A stretch of DNA of 56,736 bases, filler included, from Dimargaris cristalligena (taxonomy: Eukaryota), in NCBI GenBank assembly GCA_003614675.1. It is 4 parts of 4 records of this genome, joined end to end, with 100 filler letters (N's around TTAATTAATTAA, not from the genome) between each part and the next. Parts side by side here need not be neighbours in the genome. Positions count along the whole stretch, not along the records: positions 42,641 to 56,736 come from ML002966.1; 3 more parts are not named here. The stretch is one strand, 5' to 3'. Under the pieces are notes generated by a model. That model saw nothing but the letters and a program-made list of their open reading frames with translations, had not been told where the DNA came from and ran no database searches. A program made the translations under genes and the position numbers. Numbering within the stretch: position 1 is the first letter of the stretch; the number at the start of each line of letters is the position of its first letter. Shown one piece after another: positions 46,448-56,736 of the stretch.

Positions 46448-49400
46448 CTAATTTTCCGGGCCATACATGCGATTCTCGGCTGCTAGGCGAGCCAGGCTAG
46501 AGTTACTATTATTGGCGCTGCTATTAGCGCTACCGCCTCCACTTCCACTTCCATTCGCACTTCCACCACTACCGGTGTTGTTTGATTGATAGTGGACCAG
46601 GCCCGCTCCCAAATTGGCCGATATAGCCGATGGGTCCACCGACAGAGATGATGATCTATTCCGGGGTACCACCCGGTCGGAGTGGGGGGTAAATGTTGTC
46701 GAGTCAACCGATTTCTTTCGGAGACTGGGTCCGGATGATCGGGGCGGCAAGGACGACGACAAAGATATCGATGCCGACGCCGACGACGCAGTGGCCTGGG
46801 GCGGTGCCGCTGAGGTCAACGATGAACTCGATAATTGTAAGGCCGGCGGCGGGGGTTTGCCGTTTAAGGAAGCATTAGAGGGTGACCGCCTGGCGGATGG
46901 TCCCAGTGGTGATGGAGGGTATGCCAACATGGCCGAGGCCAGGGTCGAATTGGTGGATATTCCGCTGCGTTTGGCTCGCATACTGGATGAGCTACGATTC
47001 CGGTTGCCTGTGGTTCCGGCTGTGGAACTACCACTAGCTTGGGCGTCTCGAGAATCGGCGGTGGTGGTGGTAGTGGCTGGGGAGGCCTCACCGTCTTCAC
47101 TACCATCACTTTCCTTAATCTTCTGGAGCATTTCGAGGGCCTTGGTACCCAGCGAGGTTCGCCGTAAGGACCGGCGCAGTTCACTGCGTCGCCGGGACAT
47201 GAGGTCCCGCTTTTTACGGCGGGACAATGTATCGAAATCGTTGCCCGTGATGAGGGACTGCAGTAGGTTGTCCATGACCCCCTTCTCAGTGCCCGACTCA
47301 CCGCCCGCCCCATCGCCCGGACGACCACCACTGCTACCCATTTGCTGCTGCTGCTGCTGCTGTTGAAGCTGCAAAAGTCGGCGCTCCTTTTCCTTCTGCT
47401 GCTCCTTGCGTTTTGAATCGCGCTCCAAAATCCGCTGTCGCCGCTTTTCGTTAACCGCTTTACGTTCCTTCTCTGCTTCATTATCCTTGAGGGCCTTTTC
47501 AAACGAACTCGAGAACGTACGGAAAATACCAAAGAACTCTTCGGGGGGCATCCGCTTGGAGTCTTCACCGTATAGATCGGCTACCTCACTGTAGCGACTC
47601 TGCATGTCGGTGTACATTTGCTCGATACCCTGGAAGCGGTCTTTGGCAATATCGTGGAAGCTTGTCATGACGAGGAGGAAGCGATCTTCGTTGCCCGCAA
47701 TGGACGCCTCTGCCGTCTCGGTCGAAGCTGAGGCCAACGTAGAGGTGGAGGAGGAGCCTGGACTGGTACCATCGTCACCTGACGCCAGTTTGTTTTCCTG
47801 GGCCTCAGTAAGCTTACGCTTGAACACATCTAATTCCGTACCCAATTCCGCGAGTTGTCCCTTCATATCATTAACGTCTTTTTTTAGTTCATTAGACGAA
47901 ACGCGGCAGGCATCTTCGATGCCCTTGAACTCCTGGAGGAACTGCAAACTATCCGGTAAGGTACCCTGCAGGACTTCGGCGAGGAAGTGCAATAAGGTCG
48001 TTTTGTTATCGGAGGCCTTGGTATCCACCAATTTATTCAGCGAGTTGATCTTGAAACCAAACGCACCTCCTCGGAAACCGGAACCGTTCATGAAATTACC
48101 CATCATGAGGATAGTTTCTAGCACTTGAGGGAAGTGTTCACTGTTGGGCAGCGCCTCGCAGGCCCGCAGAAGACCGGCCACGTCCTGGCGCAGGTAACCG
48201 AATTTCTCTTCGAACGTAGTCCAGAATAGGAGCATCTTAAGACGTTGCTCGTACCGGTCCACCTTCATCATTTCGGCGAAGAAGGCGTCCGCATTGGCCA
48301 GACTTTCGGTGTCATCCTTATAGGCCGACAGAAGCCCCCGCTCGGAGGCGGTCGGAATGTAGGTGAGAAGTTGGTTCAGCAAGTTTTCGGTTAGGATTTG
48401 GTTGTCGCAGCGAAGCACGGCACGTCGGAGATCCGCGAAGGAATATTGCTTCAAGCGACCCAACATAAGGTTGATGTTATGGGCACGTTTGGGATCCAGC
48501 ACCGAAATGGTCTCCTTGACCAGGGGCTCGTCGTCGTTGCCAACAGCGGCACCACCAGGACTGGCACTGTTGCCGTCCTTCCCGGGCCGCCGGGCCCCTA
48601 CGGTGCGCTTACTGAGATCAATGGCAGCCGCCTTGGCGCTGAACATGGATTCCATCTGGGTCAAGACACCCTTATCGAACATAATCTCTTCCAGCTTATC
48701 GGAGGTGAGGATCTCACCGGCCTCATTACGGCCCCACACACTGGAGCTGACTTTGAATTCGTCCAGTTTATCCCACTGCAACTGCTTCAGCTTGACTTTG
48801 GGTACGAATCGGATCTCCTTGCGACGGGCTACGCTGAGGCCACCAGAGGAAGGGGGCGGCGGCGGAGGGGAACCAAACATGGAGCTGGGTGAACTGGCAC
48901 CCGACATATTCGCCCGCTCGGCTAACCGGGCCGCAAGGCTGTGCGGAGTACTGGCCGCCGACGAACCTGGTGGTGGTGGCGGTGGAGGGGGAGGTGGGGG
49001 CGGTGAGAAGCCCATCATACCTGGTGGTGGAGGAGGGGGGGGTGGTGGAGGCGGTGAAATACCCCCCATACCCGGCGCTGGTGGTGCTGGCGGCGGCGGT
49101 GGTGGAGGAGGTGGGGGTGGAGGAGGCGGTGGGGATAATCCACTCATATTAACTAGACCCAAAGAGCCGGGTACTGGACTGAAATTCGCCGGCGGCGGCG
49201 GCGGAGGTGGTGGTGGTGGGGGCGGTGGTGGTGGAGGCGGGGCAGCCATGGGTAGGGATGTGGAAGCTACCGATGAGGGTCGGGAGCCCATACTGGGTCG
49301 TCGCAGAGATCCCGACTTGGAGGCGCCATCGTCGGAAGCACCGGAGTTATCAATCAGTCGGTTCTGGCGGGCCAATTCATCACCGGCCTCCTCGAACAGC

Positions 49401-51970
49401 ATCTCCAATTTGGCCTTGGCGGCGGCCATCTTATTGCGCGAGGAGATGGTATGGGATGCGTTGATGATATCGTCCACGGAACCAAGGGGTCCCAAACGAC
49501 CGGCTCCGGTGGTTCCTGGGGCAGAGAATTCGAATCCCGTACCCGCCCGAGAAGCTCCGGCGAACAAATTGGATTGCCGGGAAATAGACTGGCGGATTAT
49601 GGAGTGCCGGGGTTGGAGGGTGATGGGAGCTGACGCGCCCAGTCGCTGCATTTCGCGGTGCAGTTTCTGGGGATTGACCACCAGACGCCGAACCGGAGGG
49701 GCACTGGGCTCAGCGACGGGTTCTTCGACTATATCCATGACTTCACCGGTGCGCAGGGCCTGGTTTTCGATTTCCAGGTGGGCGTGGGACTCGTGTAACT
49801 CGGTTTGCTCTTCGGTTTGGTTCTCCAGGGTCTTGACCATTTGCTTTAACTGGGTGTCCTGGGTCATGAGTTTACCCTGGAACTGCTCCCGCAGTTCCTT
49901 GATTTGGTTCTGCAGGGCCATGATGGTGTGCCGGGACATGCGCAAAAGGTCTTCCAGGGTCATAATCTTGGCCTTCAGGGCCTGCACCAACCCATCGGCC
50001 TTCATGGATACCTCGAGCTCGAGCTCGTTCTTGCCCCGACGCACCTGCTCCAACTGTTCCTTTGTTTCCCGTAGTTCACTCAGGGCCTCGACCAGCTGCT
50101 CTTCGTCGGCGAATTTGGCCGTGAGCGTGGCCACGGAAACACCGAACGCGGATGAGAAATCCGAGTCCACTCCCCGGCGATCCAGCACCACCTGTGAGAT
50201 CAGATGATCGATCAGCTGCATATACCGGCCTTTGGTTTCAGCGTCCTCCCGGATGAGCAGCAGGTGCTGCAGGATCGAAATGAAGGACTCCGTCGACCGA
50301 CCCTCGAGGGAGGAAAGTAGGGCTTCGAATACTTCGTGGGGATCACTCATATCCTGGAGGGCCTGGAAATGGTGGAATTCCATCACTTCATTATTATCGT
50401 GCTCGGCCTCCCGCTCGTACTTGTCGATTTGGTGCTGGATATGCTCGTGGTTAAACTCGAGTAATTTCTCTTGAATCCGGTGAATGCCACACTTGGCCAA
50501 CTCTTGGCGTAAATGAACCCGGACTTCGACTTCGTCGCAGACTTCGATGATGGCGTTCATGAGGAGCACGTTGCACAGTCCATAGTGAACCAGGTCGTTC
50601 TCCAACATACCGGCCTGACGGATTTCCTGACTGGCCCCCACCATGGATCCCATCCGGCCCCGGCCATCGACGGTGCGCTCTAGGGTATTTAACCAGGGTT
50701 CAAACCGGTACTCCATCGAGCGGAACCGCTGGAAGGCCTCCATACCCTGGAGAACCATGGCATGACCCCGGGGGATTTCAGAGTAACACAGGAAAGTAAG
50801 TAACTCTGCGGCTAGTTTACGGATGAGGAGATGGGGGGAGTCCAGGGAGTGGCAAATGTTGGCTACGCATCGGGGGTAGTTGAGCACCTCGTTGGCACCC
50901 CAGCTCAGATTTAGCACGGTTTTCAGGGCGCGCATGATTTCCAATTCCTGGTCCAGGTCCTGTTCCCGGCGCTGGGGCCGGTGATTGAGTTTGCCCAGGC
51001 ACTCGGCCAACATGACCAACCCCTTCTCGTCGATAAACTCGCGGATCCAGGAGATGGGGTGGGTCATGATGGAGACCCGCAGGCCGGTGAAAATTTGAAC
51101 CGGGACGTAGCGCAGATCTACGCCCGAGATTTTGTCAATAAAGTAAGTGGGGTTGGCCTGACTTTGAACGCTGTCCGATTCCTTCTTGGTCTGCTGCTGC
51201 TTAGCGCGGAGCATGGTCCGTTTAGAGTCCACCGGAATGGACCGCATATAGTTACGTTTCGATTCGGGGATACCCATGGAGTCAATCAACTCCTCGAACA
51301 TGCTGTGGACTTCGTTATCGCTGGCCAGATCGATGGCCTGGGTCAGGTAGCTGGGGACAGACCGCGGCAGGGACATGCTGCCGCTCCCCCGGACGGACGA
51401 CACCCGGTCACTGAGGCTGGGAACGTCGCTGTATGCGGTGTAAGTGGAGTTGGTGGACATAAGGGACAGCTGGTCGGTGGACTGGCGGGGGTGGTGGGTA
51501 GTGGACGACGGTCCCGGGACGGGGGCCGGGGTGGAGGGAGTGGGCGGAACCGAGTGGGTGCTTTGGGCGTACGATGGGGAAACGGCGTTGCTGCCCTGGG
51601 TACTGACGGTCGAGGTGGAATTAGTCTTGGAGGTGCGACGCACGTTGTTTAGGCCCGAGAGGTTGTATTGGGAACTGGACCCCTGGGCGTAGGAAGTGGA
51701 AGCAGACGATGAGCGATCGGGCAAGCCGGCGGTGGGGTTACTGGGGGTGGTGGGGGGCTGGGACCAAGATGCGGTGGAATTCAGGGGCGGCGGGGGCTTA
51801 CTGGTGGTGGGTGACGTGAAGCGCTCGGGGGCGTCCGGGGGAGGACTAATGGACGAGGTGGGGTAGATGTAGGTGGATTCAGCGACTCCGACGGGGCCCG
51901 ATATGGTGAAGGGGGGTGGCGAAGATGGACCCTTGGACCGCTTTTTCCTATTCGTTTTGAATAGGTCCAT
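46448..51970 (-). CDS. Diaphanous-related formin (Bni1/SepA-like: GBD/FH3, coiled coil, FH1, FH2, DAD), 1840 aa, intronless
   Basis: GBD/FH3 (WIREFID..G, RFEPWL..LE..VDGRGRMGSMVGAS), polyproline FH1, FH2 (KLKQLQWDK, GNFMNG..GGAFGFKINSLNKLVDTK, PEEFFGIF), DAD (GVMDNLLQSL followed by RRKKR). Confidence 0.96.
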   Translation of the reverse strand: MDLFKTNRKKRSKGPSSPPPFTISGPVGVAESTYIYPTSSISPPPDAPERFTSPTTSKPPPPLNSTASWSQPPTTPSNPTAGLPDRSSSASTSYAQGSSSQYNLSGLNNVRRTSKTNSTSTVSTQGSNAVSPSYAQSTHSVPPTPSTPAPVPGPSSTTHHPRQSTDQLSLMSTNSTYTAYSDVPSLSDRVSSVRGSGSMSLPRSVPSYLTQAIDLASDNEVHSMFEELIDSMGIPESKRNYMRSIPVDSKRTMLRAKQQQTKKESDSVQSQANPTYFIDKISGVDLRYVPVQIFTGLRVSIMTHPISWIREFIDEKGLVMLAECLGKLNHRPQRREQDLDQELEIMRALKTVLNLSWGANEVLNYPRCVANICHSLDSPHLLIRKLAAELLTFLCYSEIPRGHAMVLQGMEAFQRFRSMEYRFEPWLNTLERTVDGRGRMGSMVGASQEIRQAGMLENDLVHYGLCNVLLMNAIIEVCDEVEVRVHLRQELAKCGIHRIQEKLLEFNHEHIQHQIDKYEREAEHDNNEVMEFHHFQALQDMSDPHEVFEALLSSLEGRSTESFISILQHLLLIREDAETKGRYMQLIDHLISQVVLDRRGVDSDFSSAFGVSVATLTAKFADEEQLVEALSELRETKEQLEQVRRGKNELELEVSMKADGLVQALKAKIMTLEDLLRMSRHTIMALQNQIKELREQFQGKLMTQDTQLKQMVKTLENQTEEQTELHESHAHLEIENQALRTGEVMDIVEEPVAEPSAPPVRRLVVNPQKLHREMQRLGASAPITLQPRHSIIRQSISRQSNLFAGASRAGTGFEFSAPGTTGAGRLGPLGSVDDIINASHTISSRNKMAAAKAKLEMLFEEAGDELARQNRLIDNSGASDDGASKSGSLRRPSMGSRPSSVASTSLPMAAPPPPPPPPPPPPPPPPPANFSPVPGSLGLVNMSGLSPPPPPPPPPPPPPPPAPPAPGMGGISPPPPPPPPPPPGMMGFSPPPPPPPPPPPPGSSAASTPHSLAARLAERANMSGASSPSSMFGSPPPPPPSSGGLSVARRKEIRFVPKVKLKQLQWDKLDEFKVSSSVWGRNEAGEILTSDKLEEIMFDKGVLTQMESMFSAKAAAIDLSKRTVGARRPGKDGNSASPGGAAVGNDDEPLVKETISVLDPKRAHNINLMLGRLKQYSFADLRRAVLRCDNQILTENLLNQLLTYIPTASERGLLSAYKDDTESLANADAFFAEMMKVDRYEQRLKMLLFWTTFEEKFGYLRQDVAGLLRACEALPNSEHFPQVLETILMMGNFMNGSGFRGGAFGFKINSLNKLVDTKASDNKTTLLHFLAEVLQGTLPDSLQFLQEFKGIEDACRVSSNELKKDVNDMKGQLAELGTELDVFKRKLTEAQENKLASGDDGTSPGSSSTSTLASASTETAEASIAGNEDRFLLVMTSFHDIAKDRFQGIEQMYTDMQSRYSEVADLYGEDSKRMPPEEFFGIFRTFSSSFEKALKDNEAEKERKAVNEKRRQRILERDSKRKEQQKEKERRLLQLQQQQQQQQMGSSGGRPGDGAGGESGTEKGVMDNLLQSLITGNDFDTLSRRKKRDLMSRRRSELRRSLRRTSLGTKALEMLQKIKESDGSEDGEASPATTTTTADSRDAQASGSSTAGTTGNRNRSSSSMRAKRSGISTNSTLASAMLAYPPSPLGPSARRSPSNASLNGKPPPPALQLSSSSLTSAAPPQATASSASASISLSSSLPPRSSGPSLRKKSVDSTTFTPHSDRVVPRNRSSSLSVDPSAISANLGAGLVHYQSNNTGSGGSANGSGSGGGSANSSANNSNSSLARLAAENRMYGPEN

Positions 51971-53923
51971 CGCGGTTGCAGGGGAGGAAGGGGAAGTAGT
52001 GGCCGATAGAGCGATAGATTGGTGGTGGCTTCAATGAGGATAAGGGGCAGGACGGACAATTGGCCTTTCGGTCCTGGGGATAGATGAGTTATAAAGCAAT
52101 GGTAAAAAAGGCGAAAAGGGACAAACAATAGATGGGGATAGTAGTAGGGCTTGGTTAAGAAGACATACACTGAGCGTTGAAAAGTGGAGTGAGTAGAGGG
52201 AACAGAGCGGCTTGTATATTTGTGCAGTACGGGTCAAGGGAGAATACTCTCATTCAAGCCGACCCAATAGAATGGGCGCCGCTTGAAAAAGACAATATGT
52301 GTAGAAAAAGTGGAGATGAAGACTTGACTGGGCTGGGTTTGGGTGCGGGTTCAGAACCTCAAATAGAAGGAGGAGCACACTGGGAGCAGATGACCTAAGC
52401 AGCTGCCTCTGCCAGAAATGCGTAGCCTGGAATCCCCCACAAAAAAATTAAGAGCAGGGGAGGAGGGGAGGCCCGTGGGGGGAAAGCTATGGCAACTTGC
52501 TTCCACCTTGAGCCTTCTCTTTCAAAGACCATGCTTGGCCTTATTATTACTATCCAGGGAAAGTAATAGTGGCGGCTGACCTAATTACAAATCACCATTA
52601 TAATAGGCGCGCTGGGATGATCTTCCACAATCTGCGGGGCAATACTGAACCCCACACATGGGATGCGTGGCCCATTGGCCGCTGGCGGTCAATATTAGTA
52701 GATTATGATGATGCTGATTATTACCACTACTATATTTTGTTGTTGTTGTTGTTGTTGCTAAAGTTATGGGTATCTGAACTATTTATAATTATATTTAGAC
52801 CGCAAATCCACGGGGGTACTGCCCAGGTATATATAAAACAACATACCCCCCTTTGCCAGGGGCGGGTGAGTAAAACACGTCGCGTTGCCTATTTCCAGCG
52901 ATCCTTCACGTTGAGGTAATGGGGGTCGCTACTTTGGGGAGCGGTGGGTTGATGGGGGAAGGGGATATACTCCGTCTCGTCACGGGTGTCGCCATGTCCA
53001 AAAAGTGTAACAAAGGGGGGAACGGGTCATGGGTTTTTGATGGGCACGGGCACAGTGCGACTCCCACGCTCCCTCGTAACGACCACCACTCATATCCCCC
53101 CCTGATACGCACGACGTCCACAAATGAAGACATCTGAATAGCAGCTGTCGGGTACTGGCGCTGATGTATATGTATTTTCATTTGCCCCGATTCGGAATGA
53201 ATGGGAGAGATGAATTATATAGGGATCTGGACTATGAAGCAGTACATGAAAAGTAGGGAGACTGCTGGTCGCGTATTATACAGCCCGGTGCGTAGACAAC
53301 GTTCAGGACTGGGGGAGAACTACCAGCCAGGCAGCCCTCGTGTACGAAGCTATGCTGCTGCTAAGCCATGCAAGTGTGACGTGTCATTTTTTCTCTCCTG
53401 AACAGCCCATATTACTCCGCTTTGGCCTCGAACCAACCGGGGTCAGCGATCCGCCTCCTTTCGCATGCAGCCAACCCAGCCGAATCCACTACGACCCCCG
53501 CTTGGGACGACCCTGGAACCTGCAATGGCTCGCATGCCCAAGTGAATTCGGCGATGACTTCATTTACCTTTCTCACCTCCCCCGCCTAGGGTCGAGGTTC
53601 CCCCGCGGCAGCAAAGTAAAAATCGTCTATTATGCCGCCGGCCCCGGGGAAGGGACTGTCTTTAGCCAATGTCGTAGGATATGGGCGCCCTTTATACGCG
53701 CCCAACTGGTTCCGTGGCATTGTCAGGCCAAAGTACATAAACCTAGCTACTGCCTGCCTCCGTGGTCTGGGTGAATGTGTGGATTATTTACCGGCCTGTT
53801 CCTCATCCCTCCTGCCCACCCCCCTTCGTTTGCCTCTTGGCGATATTCCCCCGTATCTTCCCTTACTCGTATCTCTCCTCCCCTTCCCCCCCCCTCATAC
53901 CACCCCCCCCTTCACCCGTCCTG

Positions 53924-54757
53924 ATGGATCGTTCCCACGAGGACTCCCCCCTCCTCCCGGGCGCCCACGATACCGCGCATCGCTGTCGCGGCTGGGTCGA
54001 AGCCCGTGTCCCCAACTCGCGTGCCTATCTCGCCGAATTTATGGGCACCTTCCTCTTCGTCTTTCTCGGTCTGTCCGTGAACGTGGCCCTTAAGACCAAC
54101 CCCGCCAGCGCCGCCTTCGCTCCCGTCCTGGGTGCCTTGGGTTGGGGCCTGTCCCTGGCTCTGGGCATTTCCGTAGCCGCCTCTTCCTCCGGGGGGCACG
54201 TCAACCCCGCCGTCACCCTGGCCCTGGTCGCCCAGCGTCGTTTCCCCTGCATCCAGGCCCTGGGTTACATTGTGTTCCAGGTCCTGGGCGCTTTTGCGGC
54301 CGCCTTGGTCGTTCACCTGATTCAGATCCAGACCATCTCGGCTTACGCTGACCATAAATACACCGTCATTGGTGACCGGAGTACCGCGGACCTGTTCGCC
54401 TGTTACCCCAGTGCCGAAACGAGCAACTGGACCGCGTTTTTCGTCGAATTGGTCGGTACCGCCGTTTTGGTCATCAGCATCCTCAATAACTGCCGTGAAA
54501 CTACCACCAATGCCGGTAAGGCCTGGCTTCCCTTCGCCGCTGGGTTCACCCTGGTGGTGCTGGCGGTGAGTTTTGGGGCCCAGACGGGCGGTGCCTTCAA
54601 CCCCGCCCGCGACTACGGCCCACGTCTGTACACCTTTGTCAGTCGCTGGGGTTGGCAGGTCTTCTCGGCCTACCATTTCTACTCCTGGATTCCTGTGGTC
54701 GCCCCTGTCCTCGGCGCACAAGTGGGTACTTTGCTGTTTGATATCTTCCTAGCCTAA
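53924..54757 (+). CDS. Aquaglyceroporin (MIP family, GlpF-like), 277 aa
   Basis: AEFMGT, SGGHVNPAVT, FACYP, ELVGTA, NPARDYGPR (the Asp after NPAR is the glyceroporin signature), WIPVVAPVLGA. Start placed at MDRSHE (53924). Confidence 0.95.
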   Translation: MDRSHEDSPLLPGAHDTAHRCRGWVEARVPNSRAYLAEFMGTFLFVFLGLSVNVALKTNPASAAFAPVLGALGWGLSLALGISVAASSSGGHVNPAVTLALVAQRRFPCIQALGYIVFQVLGAFAAALVVHLIQIQTISAYADHKYTVIGDRSTADLFACYPSAETSNWTAFFVELVGTAVLVISILNNCRETTTNAGKAWLPFAAGFTLVVLAVSFGAQTGGAFNPARDYGPRLYTFVSRWGWQVFSAYHFYSWIPVVAPVLGAQVGTLLFDIFLA

Positions 54758-55521
54758 ACCAGTTGCCTTTGTTACTATCCATGTTGGGTCCCTACATCCG
54801 ACCATTCATTCATTTTAAATCTCTTTAACTAGCTGTGTGATAAGTGCTTTGGTACCAGTCTATTTGTTTTGTTCCTTCTGCCTCATTTAATAAATCCGGT
54901 AACCAACCCGTAACAGTGATCATCGCCTCGCGCGGCGGGGGTTGTACATTTACCCAATTACTTCTAGCATTACGCGCCTGGATCAATAAGTATCCGATTG
55001 ACCGCTACAGTAGGCTCAGATAGCAGTACATTTCCACGAAAAGCCGCTGCCCTCATTCAACCTGATGCCTCTGACCTGTGTGGCCTTTGGTTAATTTCAC
55101 AACTGATTGATGTGTCTAATTTCCCCAGTTAACTTAGTTAAATATCCCTGCATATAGTCATTGATTATATCCCCATTTTGATACACTACAAACCCGGGGT
55201 GCATAATTGATTTCACAACTTTGATGCAACTGCGACTGCAATTGTCTTCCCAGTTTCCCAGATGGGATCCTCAACCCGCTTGGCTGTGCACTTGGTAACC
55301 TCCCCCCCAATTTTTTTCGCTGAAATACGAGGCGTGTCGATAACTATAGGGGGGGAATACCACCACCTTCCCTATTTTCCTACAGCCCCAACAGGACCGC
55401 TTATACACTCACTGAAGTGCCAAGCAATAAATCACCTCTAGAAAAATTGCCCCGGCCTATTTAGTGGTCAAAAAAAAAAACGGCCAGCTGAGTCACATTA
55501 ATTTTTCGTAATGTGTGATTA

Positions 55522-56360
55522 TACATAGTCTGACCCAAAAGTTTTGTCACTAGTGCTCTAAAATGAAAATGGTTTAAGATATTTACATATTTTTTTCTGT
55601 TTATTCAAAATAAGATCCTTTCTCATCAATATACTACTGGAATCACCTAAATAATGAGTGGAAGCAGCTTAGAAACACATCCTTTAAGATACCCTTTAGG
55701 ATATTGGTCACAGTGTCTTCAATGTCCTGTATAGAGCTGTAATACTCCCCTTTCATAGACAGATTAAGTTTTGGAAATAGCCAGAAATCAGCTGGGGCTA
55801 GATCAGGTGAATATGGAGGGTGGTCAAGTATTACTACACCTCTTTTAGCTAAATATACCTAGATAATTTTTGCACTTGTGGATAGGTATATTATTATGGA
55901 GGACACTCCAGGATCCTTGCTTCTTTTACTCTGGCCTTACATGTTTAATTGTTGCCAGTAGGTGCCAAGACTCCCAGGTAGTAATTACTAGTAACTGTTT
56001 GGCCTTGGGGAGTGAACTCCTGGTAGATAACACCCTTTGAGTCAAAGAAAACAGTGAGTAAAGCCTTAATTTGGCTCAGTTGAAGGTATGATTTCTTTGG
56101 TCTTGGATCATCAGCACCTACCCACTTAAAGCTATTACATTTTGTTGATGACTCATATTGGAAGCACTAAGTCTCATTACCAGTAACAATACTTCAGGTA
56201 ATGTGTGGTTATTTTTGCCCATTTTCTGTATATCCAAGCTGTAGTCTACTCTGGACATCATTTGGTTAATAGTTAGCTGGTGGGGGACAAACCAGGTGCA
56301 GATCTTTTTCAGATATAAATCCTCAACCAGAATCCTGTTAATAGTAGACCTAGTGTGGTG
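55522..56360 (-). mobile_element. Decayed, 5'-truncated mariner (D34D) DNA transposon; transposase pseudogene at 55601-56360
   Basis: Manual minus-strand translation gives STINRILVEDLYLKKICTWFVPHQLT, IVTGNET*CFQYE, KALLTVFFDSKGVIYQEFTPQGQTV, WSVLHNNIP, LDHPPYSPDLAPADFWLFPKL and EKGSYFE*. A candidate 3' TIR (TA-CATAGTCTGACCCAAAAGTTTTGTCACT) sits at about 55522-55551. Confidence 0.9.
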
Positions 56361-56736
56361 AGCTTACCACATTTTTACCTACTTTTATTTTTTAACTGTT
56401 TTTTACACTTATCAGAAGTATGCCCCTGACAAGTGAATGAGCCCCTGCCCCTGATGAGTATAGTCATTTTTACTCCATTTTCATTAGTATAGTATTTTTT
56501 CCATTAGTATATTTTTATACCCTTGACTAAGCTACACCTCTGCCCCTGACTGGACTGCACCCCTGTTTAAAGTACAGTTAAAAATAGCTTTCTCCCTTTT
56601 CCTTTTACCCTTCTATTGCTTTACATTGAATTTATTGGTTACCTAAGTATTACCTATCCTTTGTGATGACTAATATTATTATCTGGGAACTCCCCTCCCT
56701 TTCCCTCTGCTTAGCCATCTAATGTTCTGGGACCTT
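56361..56736. repeat. CpG-free sequence that replaces the mariner 5' end (probable second repeat)
   Basis: Transposase similarity stops near 56360. The remainder has no CG and repeats GCCCCTG and short TTCATTAGTAT-like units. Confidence 0.4.

Noticed and set aside
48363-50207. 614-aa poly-Gly ORF and G-rich tracts on the + strand
   Set aside because: Antisense reading of the formin FH1 polyproline region.
1-56736. CRISPR arrays, rRNA, prophage or operon-like defence systems
   Set aside because: No spaced direct repeats, rRNA motifs or prokaryotic genes seen; the DNA is fungal with spliceosomal introns.

Overview
Eukaryotic (fungal) DNA made of four contigs (1-14117, 14218-28333, 28434-42540, 42641-56736). 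They are joined by artificial 100-nt spacers (44N-TTAATTAATTAA-44N) and decrease in length (14117, 14116, 14107, 14096), so adjacency across the spacers is not biological. The genes are intron-poor with GC-rich codons; an early-diverging fungus such as a zoopagomycete is my inference, not shown. Content: tRNA-Glu(TTC), SAGA Ada1/Hfi1, ubiquilin Dsk2, two secreted orphan proteins, a 12-Cys GPI protein, an Ssh4/Ear1-like SPRY protein, dUTPase, DAHP synthase, Dis3/Rrp44, a 7-exon Uba1, a Bni1/SepA-type formin and an aquaglyceroporin. Three observations stand out. (1) An HMMR/RHAMM-like gene is split into two oppositely oriented halves around UBA1, and inverting about 35.66-42.54 kb rejoins it in frame; an amplification or assembly chimera is the likeliest cause. 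(2) A 144-bp MITE family has four copies on three contigs. (3) A decayed animal-type D34D mariner lacks CpG and shows TpG->TpA, RIP-like lesions. I found no clearly new multi-gene system.
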